Source: Acaryochloris thomasi RCC1774 (GTDB taxonomy: Bacteria > Cyanobacteriota > Cyanobacteriia > Thermosynechococcales > Thermosynechococcaceae). From it: a DNA stretch of 64,000 bases. Each line of letters opens with the position of its first letter. Position 1 is the first letter of the stretch. Location of the stretch: assembly GCF_003231495.1 (NCBI RefSeq), contig NZ_PQWO01000001.1, positions 489,308 to 553,307 on the forward strand. Direction: 5' to 3'. A program made the position numbers and the translations under genes. The notes below the pieces were generated by a model. That model was given only the letters and a program-made list of their open reading frames with translations. It searched no databases and was not told the DNA's origin. Shown one piece after another: positions 47,004 to 57,580 of this stretch.

Positions 47004-47693
47004 ATGTCAGTTGCGATTACAGAAGCCATCACCACACTCGCAGAGGCAGAGCAGCGATTTCAATTGACTCGTACAGAGGATGAAGCGTTCTTCTGTGAAT
47101 GGTCTCAGAGCCTACCTAGCCTGACAGAAAAAGAGAAGACAGACTTAACGGCCATGCGTCGTCGGTATCTCTACCAGCGATCTGAAGGACACTTGCTCGA
47201 AGGAACAATCACGCTCCTGTTTGCTTCTCCTTTGCTGACAATCGCGGGATTTTACGATCCGCCCTTCAGGGTTCGTGCAGAAAAAGCAGTACAGCTCAAC
47301 CTCGAAGACAGTGAAGAGGTCTTGCAGGGCCGTTTAGACGTGTTGGTCCTTAAGAACCAACTTTGGGTGGTCATTTTAGAGTCAAAAAAAACAGCGCTTT
47401 CTATCTGGTCAGCCTTACCTCAAACACTTGCCGACCTAATGACAAATCCCCACCCCAAACTGCCAAGATTTGGCATGATGACCAATGGCGACGATTCAGT
47501 CTTTGTAAAGCTTGCTCCCTCTGACACGCAAAGGCAGTACAATTTTTCACGCGTCTTCGCAGCATTAACCTCTGACCAAGAAACCTACCGAATCTTGCAA
47601 ATTTTGCAGCACATTGCTCGAATTACAGGAAAAGCAGAGCAGAAACAACCCGCATTGCCTGATGGATACTGTCCGCTCAGAAAGGGGAAATAA
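47004..47693 (+). CDS. Hypothetical protein with a PD-(D/E)xK-nuclease-like motif
   Basis: GRLDVLVLKNQLWVVILESKK fits a D...E.K restriction-endonuclease-fold signature. No other motif recognised. Confidence 0.3.
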   Translation: MSVAITEAITTLAEAEQRFQLTRTEDEAFFCEWSQSLPSLTEKEKTDLTAMRRRYLYQRSEGHLLEGTITLLFASPLLTIAGFYDPPFRVRAEKAVQLNLEDSEEVLQGRLDVLVLKNQLWVVILESKKTALSIWSALPQTLADLMTNPHPKLPRFGMMTNGDDSVFVKLAPSDTQRQYNFSRVFAALTSDQETYRILQILQHIARITGKAEQKQPALPDGYCPLRKGK

Positions 47694-47816
47694 AGGTATT
47701 TGTAATCTTCGATACAAGGTAGAACCCCTCATACCTCCCATAGTGGTTCGCAAAAGTGAATTGTTGTCTTGCAATCTTTGAGATCTCGCAATTACAGCAG
47801 TCGCAGGAGTGAATTC

Positions 47817-48389
47817 ATGAGTTTTGTCTGTCGCAGCGTTCCTTCACGAACGTCATCCCGCTTGGGAATATCCCTAAAATTAGGGCTAATGGCCTGTTCA
47901 TTAGCCTACGGATGTTTGCAGCCCGCCCTCCCTAGTGCGGCTTCAACAACTTCTTACCGGATAGCTAAGCAAACGTCTCAGTCACCCAACATTGCCACAA
48001 TGGAGCAACAGCTTCTGCGGCAGGTGAATCATCAACGGCAGCGATATGGACTGCCCGCCCTCAGGCGAAACCCCAGACTCAGCCAGGTTGCGCGCACCTA
48101 CAGTCAACAAATGGCTGCCTACAATATCTACGGACACATCGGCCCCTCAGGAGAGACCCATCGACAACGCGTTGAAGCCGCCGGTCTGCGCGCAGCTTTA
48201 ATTGGTGAAAACTTGATGAAGGTTGGTTACAACAGACATCCTGTCGCTTTGTCAGTCAACGGCTGGATGAACAGTGCAGGACATCGTAAAAATATTTTGC
48301 TTCCCCAAATGACTGAAACGGGCGTGGGTATTTGGCAGCGCGGTTCAACCTATTATGTGACCCAGCTCTATATTGAACCCAAGCGTTAA
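47817..48389 (+). CDS. CAP/SCP/PR1-domain (YkwD-like) secreted protein
   Basis: Signal-like N-terminus, then CAP-domain motifs LLRQVNHQRQRYGLPAL, GHIGPSGET, NSAGHRKNIL and YYVTQLY. Confidence 0.65.
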   Translation: MSFVCRSVPSRTSSRLGISLKLGLMACSLAYGCLQPALPSAASTTSYRIAKQTSQSPNIATMEQQLLRQVNHQRQRYGLPALRRNPRLSQVARTYSQQMAAYNIYGHIGPSGETHRQRVEAAGLRAALIGENLMKVGYNRHPVALSVNGWMNSAGHRKNILLPQMTETGVGIWQRGSTYYVTQLYIEPKR

Positions 48390-48417
48390 TCGCGACGGAG
48401 CTGATTATCTGAAAAGA

Positions 48418-49218
48418 TTAGGATGCAGTGGGCACAACCGTTTCAGACTGAGACTCCATAGATAAGAACTCTAGTGGACGGCTCATGTTGGCAGCGAAGC
48501 CGAGAATGTTGCGATCGCAAAACTCATACACCAGCTCTCCATTCTCAAACAAAAACGTCCCGCCTCGCTGCGTAATGTGAGCTGCATCAGGAACGTAGGT
48601 GCCCCAGTTGCCCAACACCTCCGCCATATTCCGCAGCCTCAGCGTCGCTAGCTCAAAGGGCCGCTGAAAACCTTTGCCCCCTACATTCTTGAACAGTTCA
48701 CCTTTTACGGGTGGCAGTGGTGTCGCCTTGACCACTTCATCATCAGCAATCAACTGAGGCGCGTTGCGATCGCCCTTGTATCCGCGAAAAACCTCCGTTA
48801 ACGTTCCCGGACTGCCAATCCCTGCACACATGAGCAGCAAACTGAAATAGGCATTTTGAGCGACTGAGCAGCCCGGAACCTTAAGCCTTAGGCCAGGGTA
48901 GAGATCGAGCTGTTGATGGAGTTCTGCTTTGGGATCGACGTATAAACAGTCTGCGGGGAACCCTGTATATTCGCAAAACTTTTTGCCGGAGTTGCGATCG
49001 CCAATCCCCACCGCCCGGAAGACAATACCTTGCTCTTGAAGTAACTCAGCCTCTCGCCGCAGCCACCAGGCATATTCAAGACTATCAAAGTCACCTAACT
49101 GGGGCCACACCATCACTAGCAAGCGACGAGCTGACTCGCAGCCGCTGAGGATTGGCGCTATTTCACCATCATTCACGCGCTGAAATTGAGATTGCTTAAA
49201 AGTATTGAAGGTATTCAT
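48418..49218 (-). CDS. Hypothetical protein, possibly a thioredoxin-fold AhpC/TSA_2-like protein
   Basis: The ORF is well conserved in appearance, but I do not see a CxxC. The family assignment comes from overall pattern only. Confidence 0.3.
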   Translation of the reverse strand: MNTFNTFKQSQFQRVNDGEIAPILSGCESARRLLVMVWPQLGDFDSLEYAWWLRREAELLQEQGIVFRAVGIGDRNSGKKFCEYTGFPADCLYVDPKAELHQQLDLYPGLRLKVPGCSVAQNAYFSLLLMCAGIGSPGTLTEVFRGYKGDRNAPQLIADDEVVKATPLPPVKGELFKNVGGKGFQRPFELATLRLRNMAEVLGNWGTYVPDAAHITQRGGTFLFENGELVYEFCDRNILGFAANMSRPLEFLSMESQSETVVPTAS

Positions 49219-49448
49219 GTACTAATTGTATTGATATTGCTCAGCTTTGCAGCCAAAATTCATTACCTAGTATTCACTTCGATTCATAGGACGCTCCGTT
49301 ATGGCTTACACCGTACAACCGTGAACTGAATTGAAGACTAAAATTATGAATGAGAAAAGCGTCATAATTAGCAACAATCTCTCAGATCTATACCATTCGG
49401 GCCGCACAGGCTGATACAATACTTAACTTAAGCAGTTGGAGTCTTCGA

Positions 49449-49643
49449 ATGAAAATAGGTCAGAAAGTCCGCGTTGCTCGCATCCTCGATCGCCTCTCGG
49501 GTGATGCTAGCGATAAAGTGGGTCAAATGGGGGTTGTAAAAGACTACAAAATGACGGACGGTAGCGGCGTGGGCGTTGTAGTAGCCTTCAACGATAACAG
49601 CAGCAGTTGGTTTTTTGAAGATGAACTCGAAGGTCGTCGATAA
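49449..49643 (+). CDS. petP: PetP-like small protein (cytochrome b6f-associated, SH3/KOW-like)
   Basis: 64 aa; MKIGQKVRVARILDRLS...GVVKDYKMTDGSGVGVVVAFNDNSSSWFFEDELE resembles my recollection of ssr2998-family PetP. Confidence 0.4.
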   Translation: MKIGQKVRVARILDRLSGDASDKVGQMGVVKDYKMTDGSGVGVVVAFNDNSSSWFFEDELEGRR

Positions 49644-49646
49644 ATC

Positions 49647-50750
49647 ATGAGCTTTATTCTCACGTTTTTGGGCAAGGGGGGGACAGGACGCACGACGGTT
49701 GCGATCGCAGCCGCCAAGCAATATGCCAGCCAAGGTAAGCGCGTCCTGCTGACCACTCAAGATCCAGGCCCAGTCTTTGAAATGCTGCTGGGCAAACCAG
49801 TCGGCGCTGAGCCTCAAACAGTAGAGCCAAACTTAAACGCTGTGCAATTTCAAACAGCCGCTCTTCTCGAAAAAAGTTGGGAACAGGTCAAACAGCTTGA
49901 AGCTGAGTATGTGCGTACCCCCTTCTTCAAAAACGTGTACGGCCAAGAACTAGGGGTGCTCCCTGGCCTAGAAAGTGCACTCTCCCTCAACGCCATTCGT
50001 GAATATGACGCCAGTGGAGACTACGACGTCATTATTGTTGACGGTCCTGGCGACCAAACCACACTGCGAATGCTGGGCATGCCAGAAGTCTTAAGCTGGT
50101 ACATTCGCCGCTTTCGGCAGGTCTTTGCAGACTCTGATCTTGGCCGCACGCTATCTCCCTTTATCCAGCCCATTTCCAGTGCCGTACTGACGGTCAATTG
50201 GTCGGGTGATAACTTTGCCGAGCCGACCCAGCAGGTCAACAACCAACTTGATGAAGGCAAAAATGCTGTAGCCGATCCTCGTAGAGTCGCCGCTTATTTA
50301 GTGACCACAAGTGATGAAACGGCCATCGCAACAGCCCGCTATCTGTGGGGCAGCGCCCAACAAGTGGGCTTAACCGTTGGTGGCGTTCTTTTAAATCAGC
50401 CCAGCTTGAGCATGAAGACCGCCACCATTGAAGAGCAGTTTGCTCCCCTGCCCATTCAATCGATTCCATTTCGCAGCGGTGAACATTGGCAGCCCCTCAT
50501 GTCAGCCCTGCCCAGCTTCACGGAAGCCGAACAGGCCCCCCAGCCCATTACAATCGACCTCGCGCAGCAGCAGGTCAAGCTGTTTTTACCTGGCTTTGAT
50601 AAAAAACAGGTTAAGTTGACACAATATGGCCCCGAAGTCACCATCGAAGCTGGAGACCAACGGCGTAACATTTTTCTACCCTCAGAGTTGCGTGGGAAAC
50701 CTGTTAAAGGCGCTAAGTTTCAAGGTAGCTCACTCATTATTTCCTTTTAA
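49647..50750 (+). CDS. ArsA/GET3-family P-loop ATPase
   Basis: Deviant Walker A FLGKGGTGRTTVAIAAA and a DTAP-like TTQDPG motif. The start codon is 4 bp after the petP-like stop. Confidence 0.75.
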   Translation: MSFILTFLGKGGTGRTTVAIAAAKQYASQGKRVLLTTQDPGPVFEMLLGKPVGAEPQTVEPNLNAVQFQTAALLEKSWEQVKQLEAEYVRTPFFKNVYGQELGVLPGLESALSLNAIREYDASGDYDVIIVDGPGDQTTLRMLGMPEVLSWYIRRFRQVFADSDLGRTLSPFIQPISSAVLTVNWSGDNFAEPTQQVNNQLDEGKNAVADPRRVAAYLVTTSDETAIATARYLWGSAQQVGLTVGGVLLNQPSLSMKTATIEEQFAPLPIQSIPFRSGEHWQPLMSALPSFTEAEQAPQPITIDLAQQQVKLFLPGFDKKQVKLTQYGPEVTIEAGDQRRNIFLPSELRGKPVKGAKFQGSSLIISF

Positions 50751-51332
50751 CCCAACAAAATCGCTCAAGACTTGAACCATTGAGTCTATAAATAAAATCT
50801 AAATATACTTGCCGTTCCAGGACTAATAGCGATACTGTATCCTTAGCTATCTGTTCGATAGACGTATAAGGTGCTGGAACATGCTTTCAGTCCTGAATGT
50901 CATTGAGCAATAGGATTACCTTAAAGAAATTAAGCTTTAAGGGTTGAGGGTGTTATCTGAGACATTATCAGCATCAATGACTGGCATACAGTTGGGGGTA
51001 TGGCAATTAGTCATTGTCTTCAAATAGGGGTGTTACCAAGTTATTTAAGCTAATCCAACGTCCAAGTGGATAAGGCAGTTGAGCAGTCTCTCAATCTGCT
51101 TTTTACACAGATGGTTCAAGTTTTATAAGCATAGCTACACAGCAGGCAGTCTTATTCCTGCTGTCTTGACCAGGAGAACTTATTGCTGTTCTCCTCGGTT
51201 CCTTTATTCTTGTGCACTGACTTAAGGTTGATGCGCGTAGGCTCTGCTGTCCACAGGCTGAAAAGTATGGGGGTGAAGAGCCTACGCGGCAGAATTTCAT
51301 GCTGTGAGTTTTTTCTATCGAGGTCTAAGTTA

Positions 51333-53768
51333 ATGACTGACATATTCAGTTCTGATTTATTTGACTCTGCTCCCAAGAGCATCATGGGGCAGAGCAACTT
51401 AAGCGCAGAAACAGTTGAGGTAGAAGAAGCCTCTTCAGGTCTAGAGTTTCGCTCCATCAACGGTTCTGACAATAATGATACAAATACAGGCGTCACCGGC
51501 GAGCAACTTTTGCGCCTCTTCACGAATGCTTTTGAAGACGGTATCAGTACACCACGTGGGGGAGACTTTCCCAATCCCTTCGATCCCTCAAGTCCGCCTT
51601 CATCCCTTCCCAATCCTCGTACTATCAGTAATACAATCGCTGCTCAATCAGAGTCAGTCTCTAATTTTCTGAATGCCAGTGATTGGATATGGCAGTGGGC
51701 ACAATTCATCGATCATGACCTCGATTTAAACGAGTCAACCGCAGACAACCCTGGTGAATTCACACCCATTGTGGTTCCAAATGGCGATCCCACATTCTCT
51801 GATGGAACATTTCTGCCCTTTTTGAGAGTAGGGGCTTCAGAAGGAACCGGCATCAATAATCCCCGCCAGGCCGACAATCTAATTACCAGCTTTATTGATG
51901 CTTCCAGTGTGTATGGCTCTGATGAAGAGCGGGGCGACTTTTTACGTTCCTTTGCAAATGGGCAGCTCAAATTCTCAGAAACCAACAATGGCGAAGTCCT
52001 CTTGCCAGAGAATCCTGATGAAGGAACGGGAGAAAGGCAAGAAAATGCCACAGGTGGAACCCTCGGTGACTTCCAGTATGTTGCCGGAGATATTCGAGCG
52101 AATGAGCAAATTGGCTTAACAGCAGTTCACACCTTGTTCGTGCGTGAACATAATCGTCTTGCGGCAGATCTTCTTGACCGCCTAGAAGCAGGTGAAGCAG
52201 CATTAGTCGAAAAGTTTGAGCAGTTCACAGAGACCAGCGACGAAACAGATAGCGATGCTCTGCAGGATGAGTTTATTTACCAAGCAGCCCGCAAGGTTGT
52301 AGGGGCCAAGATCCAGCAAATTACCTATGATGAATTCCTACCTCTGTTGATTGGTGAAGGAACAACAGCAGAGTACGACGGCTATAAATCTGATGTGCTG
52401 GCATCCATCAGTACAGAGTTTGCTAATGCAGCCTACCGTGTGGGTCACACCTTACTATCGGATCAAATACAGCGCCTGAGTACAAATGGCCTCAGCGAGA
52501 TTGCGTTAGGCGATGCTTTCTTTATCCCCGAACAAATCAAAGACGAGGGCGTTGATTCAACCCTACGCGGTTTAATCCTCCAAGCTTCACAAGAGGCAGA
52601 TAATCTTGTCATTGATGGGGTGCGGAACTTCCTATTCGAGGCAGGGACCGGAGGGCTTGATCTAGCCTCTGTAAATATTGCAAGAGGGCGTGATACCGGC
52701 TTACCTGGCTATGTTGAAGTCTATGAAGCCCTTTTCGGCACCAGCATCGATAGCTTTGATGATCTCGGATCTTCGGGCCTAGGGCTCATAGCAGATGATG
52801 TCGTTGCTCTCTTTGAAGAAGCTTATGAAACAGTCGACCAAATTGACCTCTGGATTGCAGGCATCTCTGAGCAGGCGGATGATCATGGTGGTCTTCTTGG
52901 CCCAACCTTTAGCGCTATCATTGCTGAGCAGTTTGCTCGAACGCGTGATAGCGATCGATTCTTCTATCTCAATGAGCTAGAAGACATCCAGTTATTAGAT
53001 CCTGATTTCGCCAATACCAGTCTTTCTGAGGTACTGCGTGGCAACACTGAAGAGGGCTATCTCATTCAAGACAATGCCTTTGACGTTCCCTATGAAAATT
53101 CAGTCGTCGGGAATGAATCGAATAATATTTTGTTAGGAACTAACGTTGCTGATTTAATCGATGGCAAAGAGGGACGCGATTTTATCATTGGTCGTCGGGG
53201 TGACGACATTCTCTTAGGCGATGCCGGTAATGACGTGCTCATGGGCGGTCAAGGAAATGACACCGTTCTAGGCGGACTTGGACAAGATCGTATCCTCGGT
53301 AGCCTCGGTAACGATGTGCTTCTGGGGGGGGATGATAAGGACATCATCAGTGGTGGCTCCGGGAACGACACTGTTTCAGGAGGTAACGGTAATGATCGGC
53401 TATTGGGCATTCGAGGGAATGACTTGATTCTAGGTAATGCTGGCAACGACTTACTTGCAGGTGGCGGGGGGGCTGATTCCCTGGAAGGTGGAGTTGGTAG
53501 CGACACTCTTCGGGGTGGAGCAGCATCCGACACCTTCATATTCAGTGATGATATCCTCAATGATGGCGTATCTGATACAGACACAATCTGGGGTTTCCAG
53601 CGCTTTGATAGCTTTGATTTTACCGAGTATAGTGGCTCCATTGACTTTAATCGAGTAAGCAGACGACTGCTAGAGATTGAACTCAATGGTGGTGAAGATA
53701 CCATCAATATATTTGGCAGTCGCGCTGGATTGAATGCAGCACAGACGCAACTTTCAGAGCGAGCCTAG
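51333..53768 (+). CDS. Animal-heme-peroxidase-family (peroxidase-cyclooxygenase superfamily) enzyme fused to C-terminal RTX Ca-binding repeats ('peroxicin'-type), paralog 1
   Basis: Distal His region WQWAQFIDHDLDL and proximal region RANEQIGLTAVHTLFVREHNRLA. The C-terminus has GDDILLGDAGNDVLMGGQGNDTVLGG... repeats and ends ...LLEIELNGGEDTINIFG. There is no signal peptide. Start taken at the ATG at 51333. Confidence 0.85.
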   Translation: MTDIFSSDLFDSAPKSIMGQSNLSAETVEVEEASSGLEFRSINGSDNNDTNTGVTGEQLLRLFTNAFEDGISTPRGGDFPNPFDPSSPPSSLPNPRTISNTIAAQSESVSNFLNASDWIWQWAQFIDHDLDLNESTADNPGEFTPIVVPNGDPTFSDGTFLPFLRVGASEGTGINNPRQADNLITSFIDASSVYGSDEERGDFLRSFANGQLKFSETNNGEVLLPENPDEGTGERQENATGGTLGDFQYVAGDIRANEQIGLTAVHTLFVREHNRLAADLLDRLEAGEAALVEKFEQFTETSDETDSDALQDEFIYQAARKVVGAKIQQITYDEFLPLLIGEGTTAEYDGYKSDVLASISTEFANAAYRVGHTLLSDQIQRLSTNGLSEIALGDAFFIPEQIKDEGVDSTLRGLILQASQEADNLVIDGVRNFLFEAGTGGLDLASVNIARGRDTGLPGYVEVYEALFGTSIDSFDDLGSSGLGLIADDVVALFEEAYETVDQIDLWIAGISEQADDHGGLLGPTFSAIIAEQFARTRDSDRFFYLNELEDIQLLDPDFANTSLSEVLRGNTEEGYLIQDNAFDVPYENSVVGNESNNILLGTNVADLIDGKEGRDFIIGRRGDDILLGDAGNDVLMGGQGNDTVLGGLGQDRILGSLGNDVLLGGDDKDIISGGSGNDTVSGGNGNDRLLGIRGNDLILGNAGNDLLAGGGGADSLEGGVGSDTLRGGAASDTFIFSDDILNDGVSDTDTIWGFQRFDSFDFTEYSGSIDFNRVSRRLLEIELNGGEDTINIFGSRAGLNAAQTQLSERA

Positions 53769-54717
53769 ACTAAAGAGCTTCAGCAAGCCCTTTAATCTAT
53801 CTGAAGCTCGTCTTTTAAGACTACTCTTTTTAAGAAGCCTCAAAGCCTATCTCTTTGAGGCTTCTCGCATATGTCAATCATGCAAAACCAATTCTATACA
53901 TCACAGAAACAGAGAGTTGAAGCGCAGAATAGATTAAACAAGTGCCTAATCGCTAGTTTTGAAGTTCATGTTTACTCAATTTTGCCTTTAATTATTGATA
54001 GAGATTAACCTCAGCTTGACTTGAGCTGTTTGAAGTTCCATTTACACTAAACTCTGGGACTATCTACAGAAGGTATTCAGACGCTGGGATTTCACCAAGA
54101 CTGACAATATAGGATTGCCTAAGTAAGGCTCCCTCCTTGCTCTCTCAGTAAAGTTCAGGATGAAGCCAAGCCTGAACAAGCAGTCAGTCACAACAAAATC
54201 TAAATTTACTTGCCGTTCCAGGGTTGATGAGGTTAAGCTAATTTTAGATTCAAGCTAAAGTACAAAACAGTATTGGAACTCTTTTCCATTTTTTGCAGTC
54301 TTTAGGACTACTGCTGCTTTGAATTCTAAGGGTGTTATCTGACAGACCATTCATATCCATGGTGGTTTATCAATTGGGGATATGGCTACTAGCCATTTGT
54401 TTTTCCAGTGTTATTTCAAAGCTGTTGAAGCTAGCCTTCAGGCACAGCATCTGAGATTTACGGGGGTTATCTCAGCTTGCTTCTGAAAGCAAAGTTTAAA
54501 TTTTTACAAACGTAACTTAAGCAGAATACTAACTTTTGGTTAGTGATTTGCTGATGCGGGAAGAACCTATCGGTGTTCTTTTCATGTCTTTACTTTTGCG
54601 AGTTGATGCCAAGTAAGTGCATCTAAATCTTGCTGTCTGAGTTTTGAAAACTCTGGACGGAGAGTTTGACTCGTTTATTCCGTGTTGTGAGTTCTTTATC
54701 TTTTGAGGTTTAAATTA

Positions 54718-57045
54718 ATGAGTGATCAGCTAGGTTCTAATTTACTAGATTCTGCTCCTGGGAGTATCATGGGTCAGCAGAATTTGACTGTAGAAACAGT
54801 TGAGGTAGAAGAAGCAACTGCTGGGCTAGAGGGACTAGAATTCCGCTCCATTGACGGTTCCGGCAACAATATTGACGACTCCGAATTGGGTACCCCCCAT
54901 ACCCAGCTTCGACGTTTAAGCGATGCAGACTATGACGACGGGATTTCGACTCCTCGTAGTATTGCTTCTGATAACAGTACTGAGTTGCCAAGTGCTCGCG
55001 CTATTAGCAACAGCGTCGCTTCTCAATCCGGCTCAGTGTTGAACTCTCTGGGTCTCAGCGATTGGTTTTGGCAATGGGGGCAATTCCTCGATCACGATAT
55101 TGACCTAACAGAAGGTGGGGAGGTTGCAGAACCCTTCAATATTAGTGTGCCCATGGGTGACCAACACTTCGACCCATTCAATACCGGAACAGCACAAATT
55201 GAGCTTAACCGGTCTGTCTTCGACGAGCATACGGGTACAGAAAATCCACGCCAACAGATCAACGAGATCACAACCTATATCGATGGTTCGATGGTCTATG
55301 GTTCAGATCAAGAACGTGCCGATGCACTACGTTCTAACGACGGCACCGGACGTCTTAAGACATCTGAAGGCGATTTACTGCCGTTTAACGAAGGTGGCTT
55401 TGGCAATGCAGGTGGCGATAGCGCTGACCTATTTTTAGCCGGTGATATCCGCGCCAATGAACAAATTGGCCTGACATCAGTACACACGTTGTTCGTACGT
55501 GAGCACAATCGCATTGCAGATAGTCTTCTAGAAAGAATCGAAAGTGGTGACAGCACCGTTGTACAAAAGCTAAATGCTTTCTTATCTGAGAATGCAGAGG
55601 CAACTGAAGGTGACTTTGTCTACGAATCTGCCCGCAAGCTCATTGGCGCTAAGATTCAGATGATTACCTATAACGAGTTTCTACCCCTCATGCTGGGTGG
55701 ACCACTCGCTGCCTATGGCGGCTATGACTCCAGCGTAGATCCCAGCATTGCCAATGAGTTCTCAACGGCAGCATTCCGCTTCGGCCACACGATGCTGTCC
55801 CCTCAACTGCAGCAGTACGATGCCAATGGTAGCCTGGGCAGTACCGCACTACAGGATGCTTTCTTTCGACCCACTCTGGCTCAAGATGGCGGTGTAGAAT
55901 CCTTCCTCTTAGGACTGGGTCTGCAGCAGGCTCAAGAAGTCGATACGCTAGTAATTGACGATGTCCGTAACTTCCTGTTTGGGCCTCCTGGAGCCGGTGG
56001 CTTTGATCTTGTTTCTCTCAACATTCAGCGAGGACGGGATCACGGTTTACCTGCCCTTAATGATGTTCGCGACAGCTTGGGTCTCTCTACGTACGATAGC
56101 TTCCTTGATTTGGCCGGTGGCGATGCAGACCTTGCCGCTAAATTCGAAAGTGTTTACGCCTCGGTCGATGACGTTGATCTATGGATCGGTGGACTAGGTG
56201 AACAGCACGTCAATGGCGGTGTATTGGGCGAGACCTTCAACACTATCGTGGCGGATCAGTTTACGCGGCTACGAGATGGCGATCGCTTTTTCTACGCCAA
56301 CGATTTAGAAAGTCTCGAGTGGCTAGATGCCGACATCGCTGACACGACCTTTGCTGACATCATCCGGGACAACACCGAGAGTTCCCTTCTCGTTCAAGAT
56401 AATCCCTTTCAAGTTCCTTACAAAAACACAATTTCCGGCGATGAGTCACGCAATGCCTTAGTCGGCACTAATCAGCATGATCTCGTTGATGGTGAAGCTG
56501 GAAGTGACAATATCAATGGCTTTTGGGGGAATGATATTGTCCTGGGTGGTAACGGAGCTGATGTGCTCTTTGGTAGTTACGGCAACGACACCCTCGTCGG
56601 TGGTTTAGGTGCTGATACAATCTCTGGCAGCTGGGGTTCTGATGCCCTTATGGGAGGCGATGCCAATGATCTCCTCCGCGGTGGCGCTGGATATGACACC
56701 CTCGTCGGCGGGATCGGTAAAGACATTCTCTCAGGCGGCAATGGTGTAGATCACCTTGAAGGTGAGGCCGGTAGCGACACCCTATATGGCGGTCGTGGTG
56801 CAGATCTGTTCATCTTCAGTGATGCTCTCCTTGAAGATGGCTTTTCAGATACTGATGTCATTATTGGCTTCCAGAAAATTGATACTTTTGATTTCAGTGA
56901 CTACAGTGGCTCAATTGATGTCAATCGAGTCAGCCACGGTTTACTTGAAATTGAACTCAACGGTGGCGAAGATACGATTAACGTTTTCGGAAATCGTGCT
57001 GCTATCAACGTGGCTCAGGCGCAGCTTTCAGATCTATTAGCCTAG
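54718..57045 (+). CDS. Heme peroxidase + RTX repeats, paralog 2
   Basis: WQWGQFLDHDIDL and RANEQIGLTSVHTLFVREHNRIA. The C-terminal RTX repeats and the tail ...LLEIELNGGEDTINVFG are homologous to paralog 1. Start at the ATG at 54718 in the same ttaATGA context as paralog 1. Confidence 0.85.
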   Translation: MSDQLGSNLLDSAPGSIMGQQNLTVETVEVEEATAGLEGLEFRSIDGSGNNIDDSELGTPHTQLRRLSDADYDDGISTPRSIASDNSTELPSARAISNSVASQSGSVLNSLGLSDWFWQWGQFLDHDIDLTEGGEVAEPFNISVPMGDQHFDPFNTGTAQIELNRSVFDEHTGTENPRQQINEITTYIDGSMVYGSDQERADALRSNDGTGRLKTSEGDLLPFNEGGFGNAGGDSADLFLAGDIRANEQIGLTSVHTLFVREHNRIADSLLERIESGDSTVVQKLNAFLSENAEATEGDFVYESARKLIGAKIQMITYNEFLPLMLGGPLAAYGGYDSSVDPSIANEFSTAAFRFGHTMLSPQLQQYDANGSLGSTALQDAFFRPTLAQDGGVESFLLGLGLQQAQEVDTLVIDDVRNFLFGPPGAGGFDLVSLNIQRGRDHGLPALNDVRDSLGLSTYDSFLDLAGGDADLAAKFESVYASVDDVDLWIGGLGEQHVNGGVLGETFNTIVADQFTRLRDGDRFFYANDLESLEWLDADIADTTFADIIRDNTESSLLVQDNPFQVPYKNTISGDESRNALVGTNQHDLVDGEAGSDNINGFWGNDIVLGGNGADVLFGSYGNDTLVGGLGADTISGSWGSDALMGGDANDLLRGGAGYDTLVGGIGKDILSGGNGVDHLEGEAGSDTLYGGRGADLFIFSDALLEDGFSDTDVIIGFQKIDTFDFSDYSGSIDVNRVSHGLLEIELNGGEDTINVFGNRAAINVAQAQLSDLLA

Positions 57046-57208
57046 AAGGCTCTGCTTCAAGGTGTTTCAAATCTATCTTGAAGTTGCTTTCTACGCTGTG
57101 ACTTGAGATTCAAGATTATTCAAAGACGACTCAGGGGGCATCCCTCTGAGTCGTCTTTATTGTGAACGTGGCACCAATCTCACGCTAATATGGCGTTTAT
57201 AGAGGCAT

Positions 57209-57282
57209 GGGGCTGTGGCTCAGATGGATAGAGCAAGCGCCTCCTAAGCGCTAGGTCGGCGGTTCGAATCCGCCCAGTCCCG
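57209..57282 (+). tRNA. tRNA-Arg (anticodon CCU)
   Basis: I folded this 74-nt sequence by hand into a cloverleaf. The acceptor GGGGCUG/CAGUCCC has one G-U pair. D-stem is GCUC/GAGC. The anticodon stem AGCGC/GCGCU carries loop CUCCUAA. T-arm is GGCGG-UUCGAAU-CCGCC. The discriminator is G, and no CCA is encoded. Confidence 0.85.
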
Positions 57283-57580
57283 TTTTTAGGCTTGATGTAA
57301 TGCTGGTCCTCCATTTGCGAGCGGCTCTCTTCGACGAATGGAGTCAGTCGCCGTATTGCAAAGCAGCGATTCAGAAAACTAAAACCAACCTTTGCAGGAG
57401 AATCGGTTGTTCAGTATCGTTTGCTGACTTTGAGCGTCTAGGAATAGGCTCACGTTTCCCGACTTTAAGAAAAAATTCGATATTTATATCCCATTTTTGA
57501 GTAGAATCGGCTACACTTGCCAACGAACTGAGTCCGCTTGACAAGAAATCTGAAGTGTGAGGGATCGGGGTTAAAACAGC

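Noticed and set aside
57283-57580. A possible integrase remnant or att site immediately 3' of tRNA-Arg
   Set aside because: I could not identify a direct repeat of the tRNA 3' end or any recombinase-like ORF by eye. It is left as an open possibility only.
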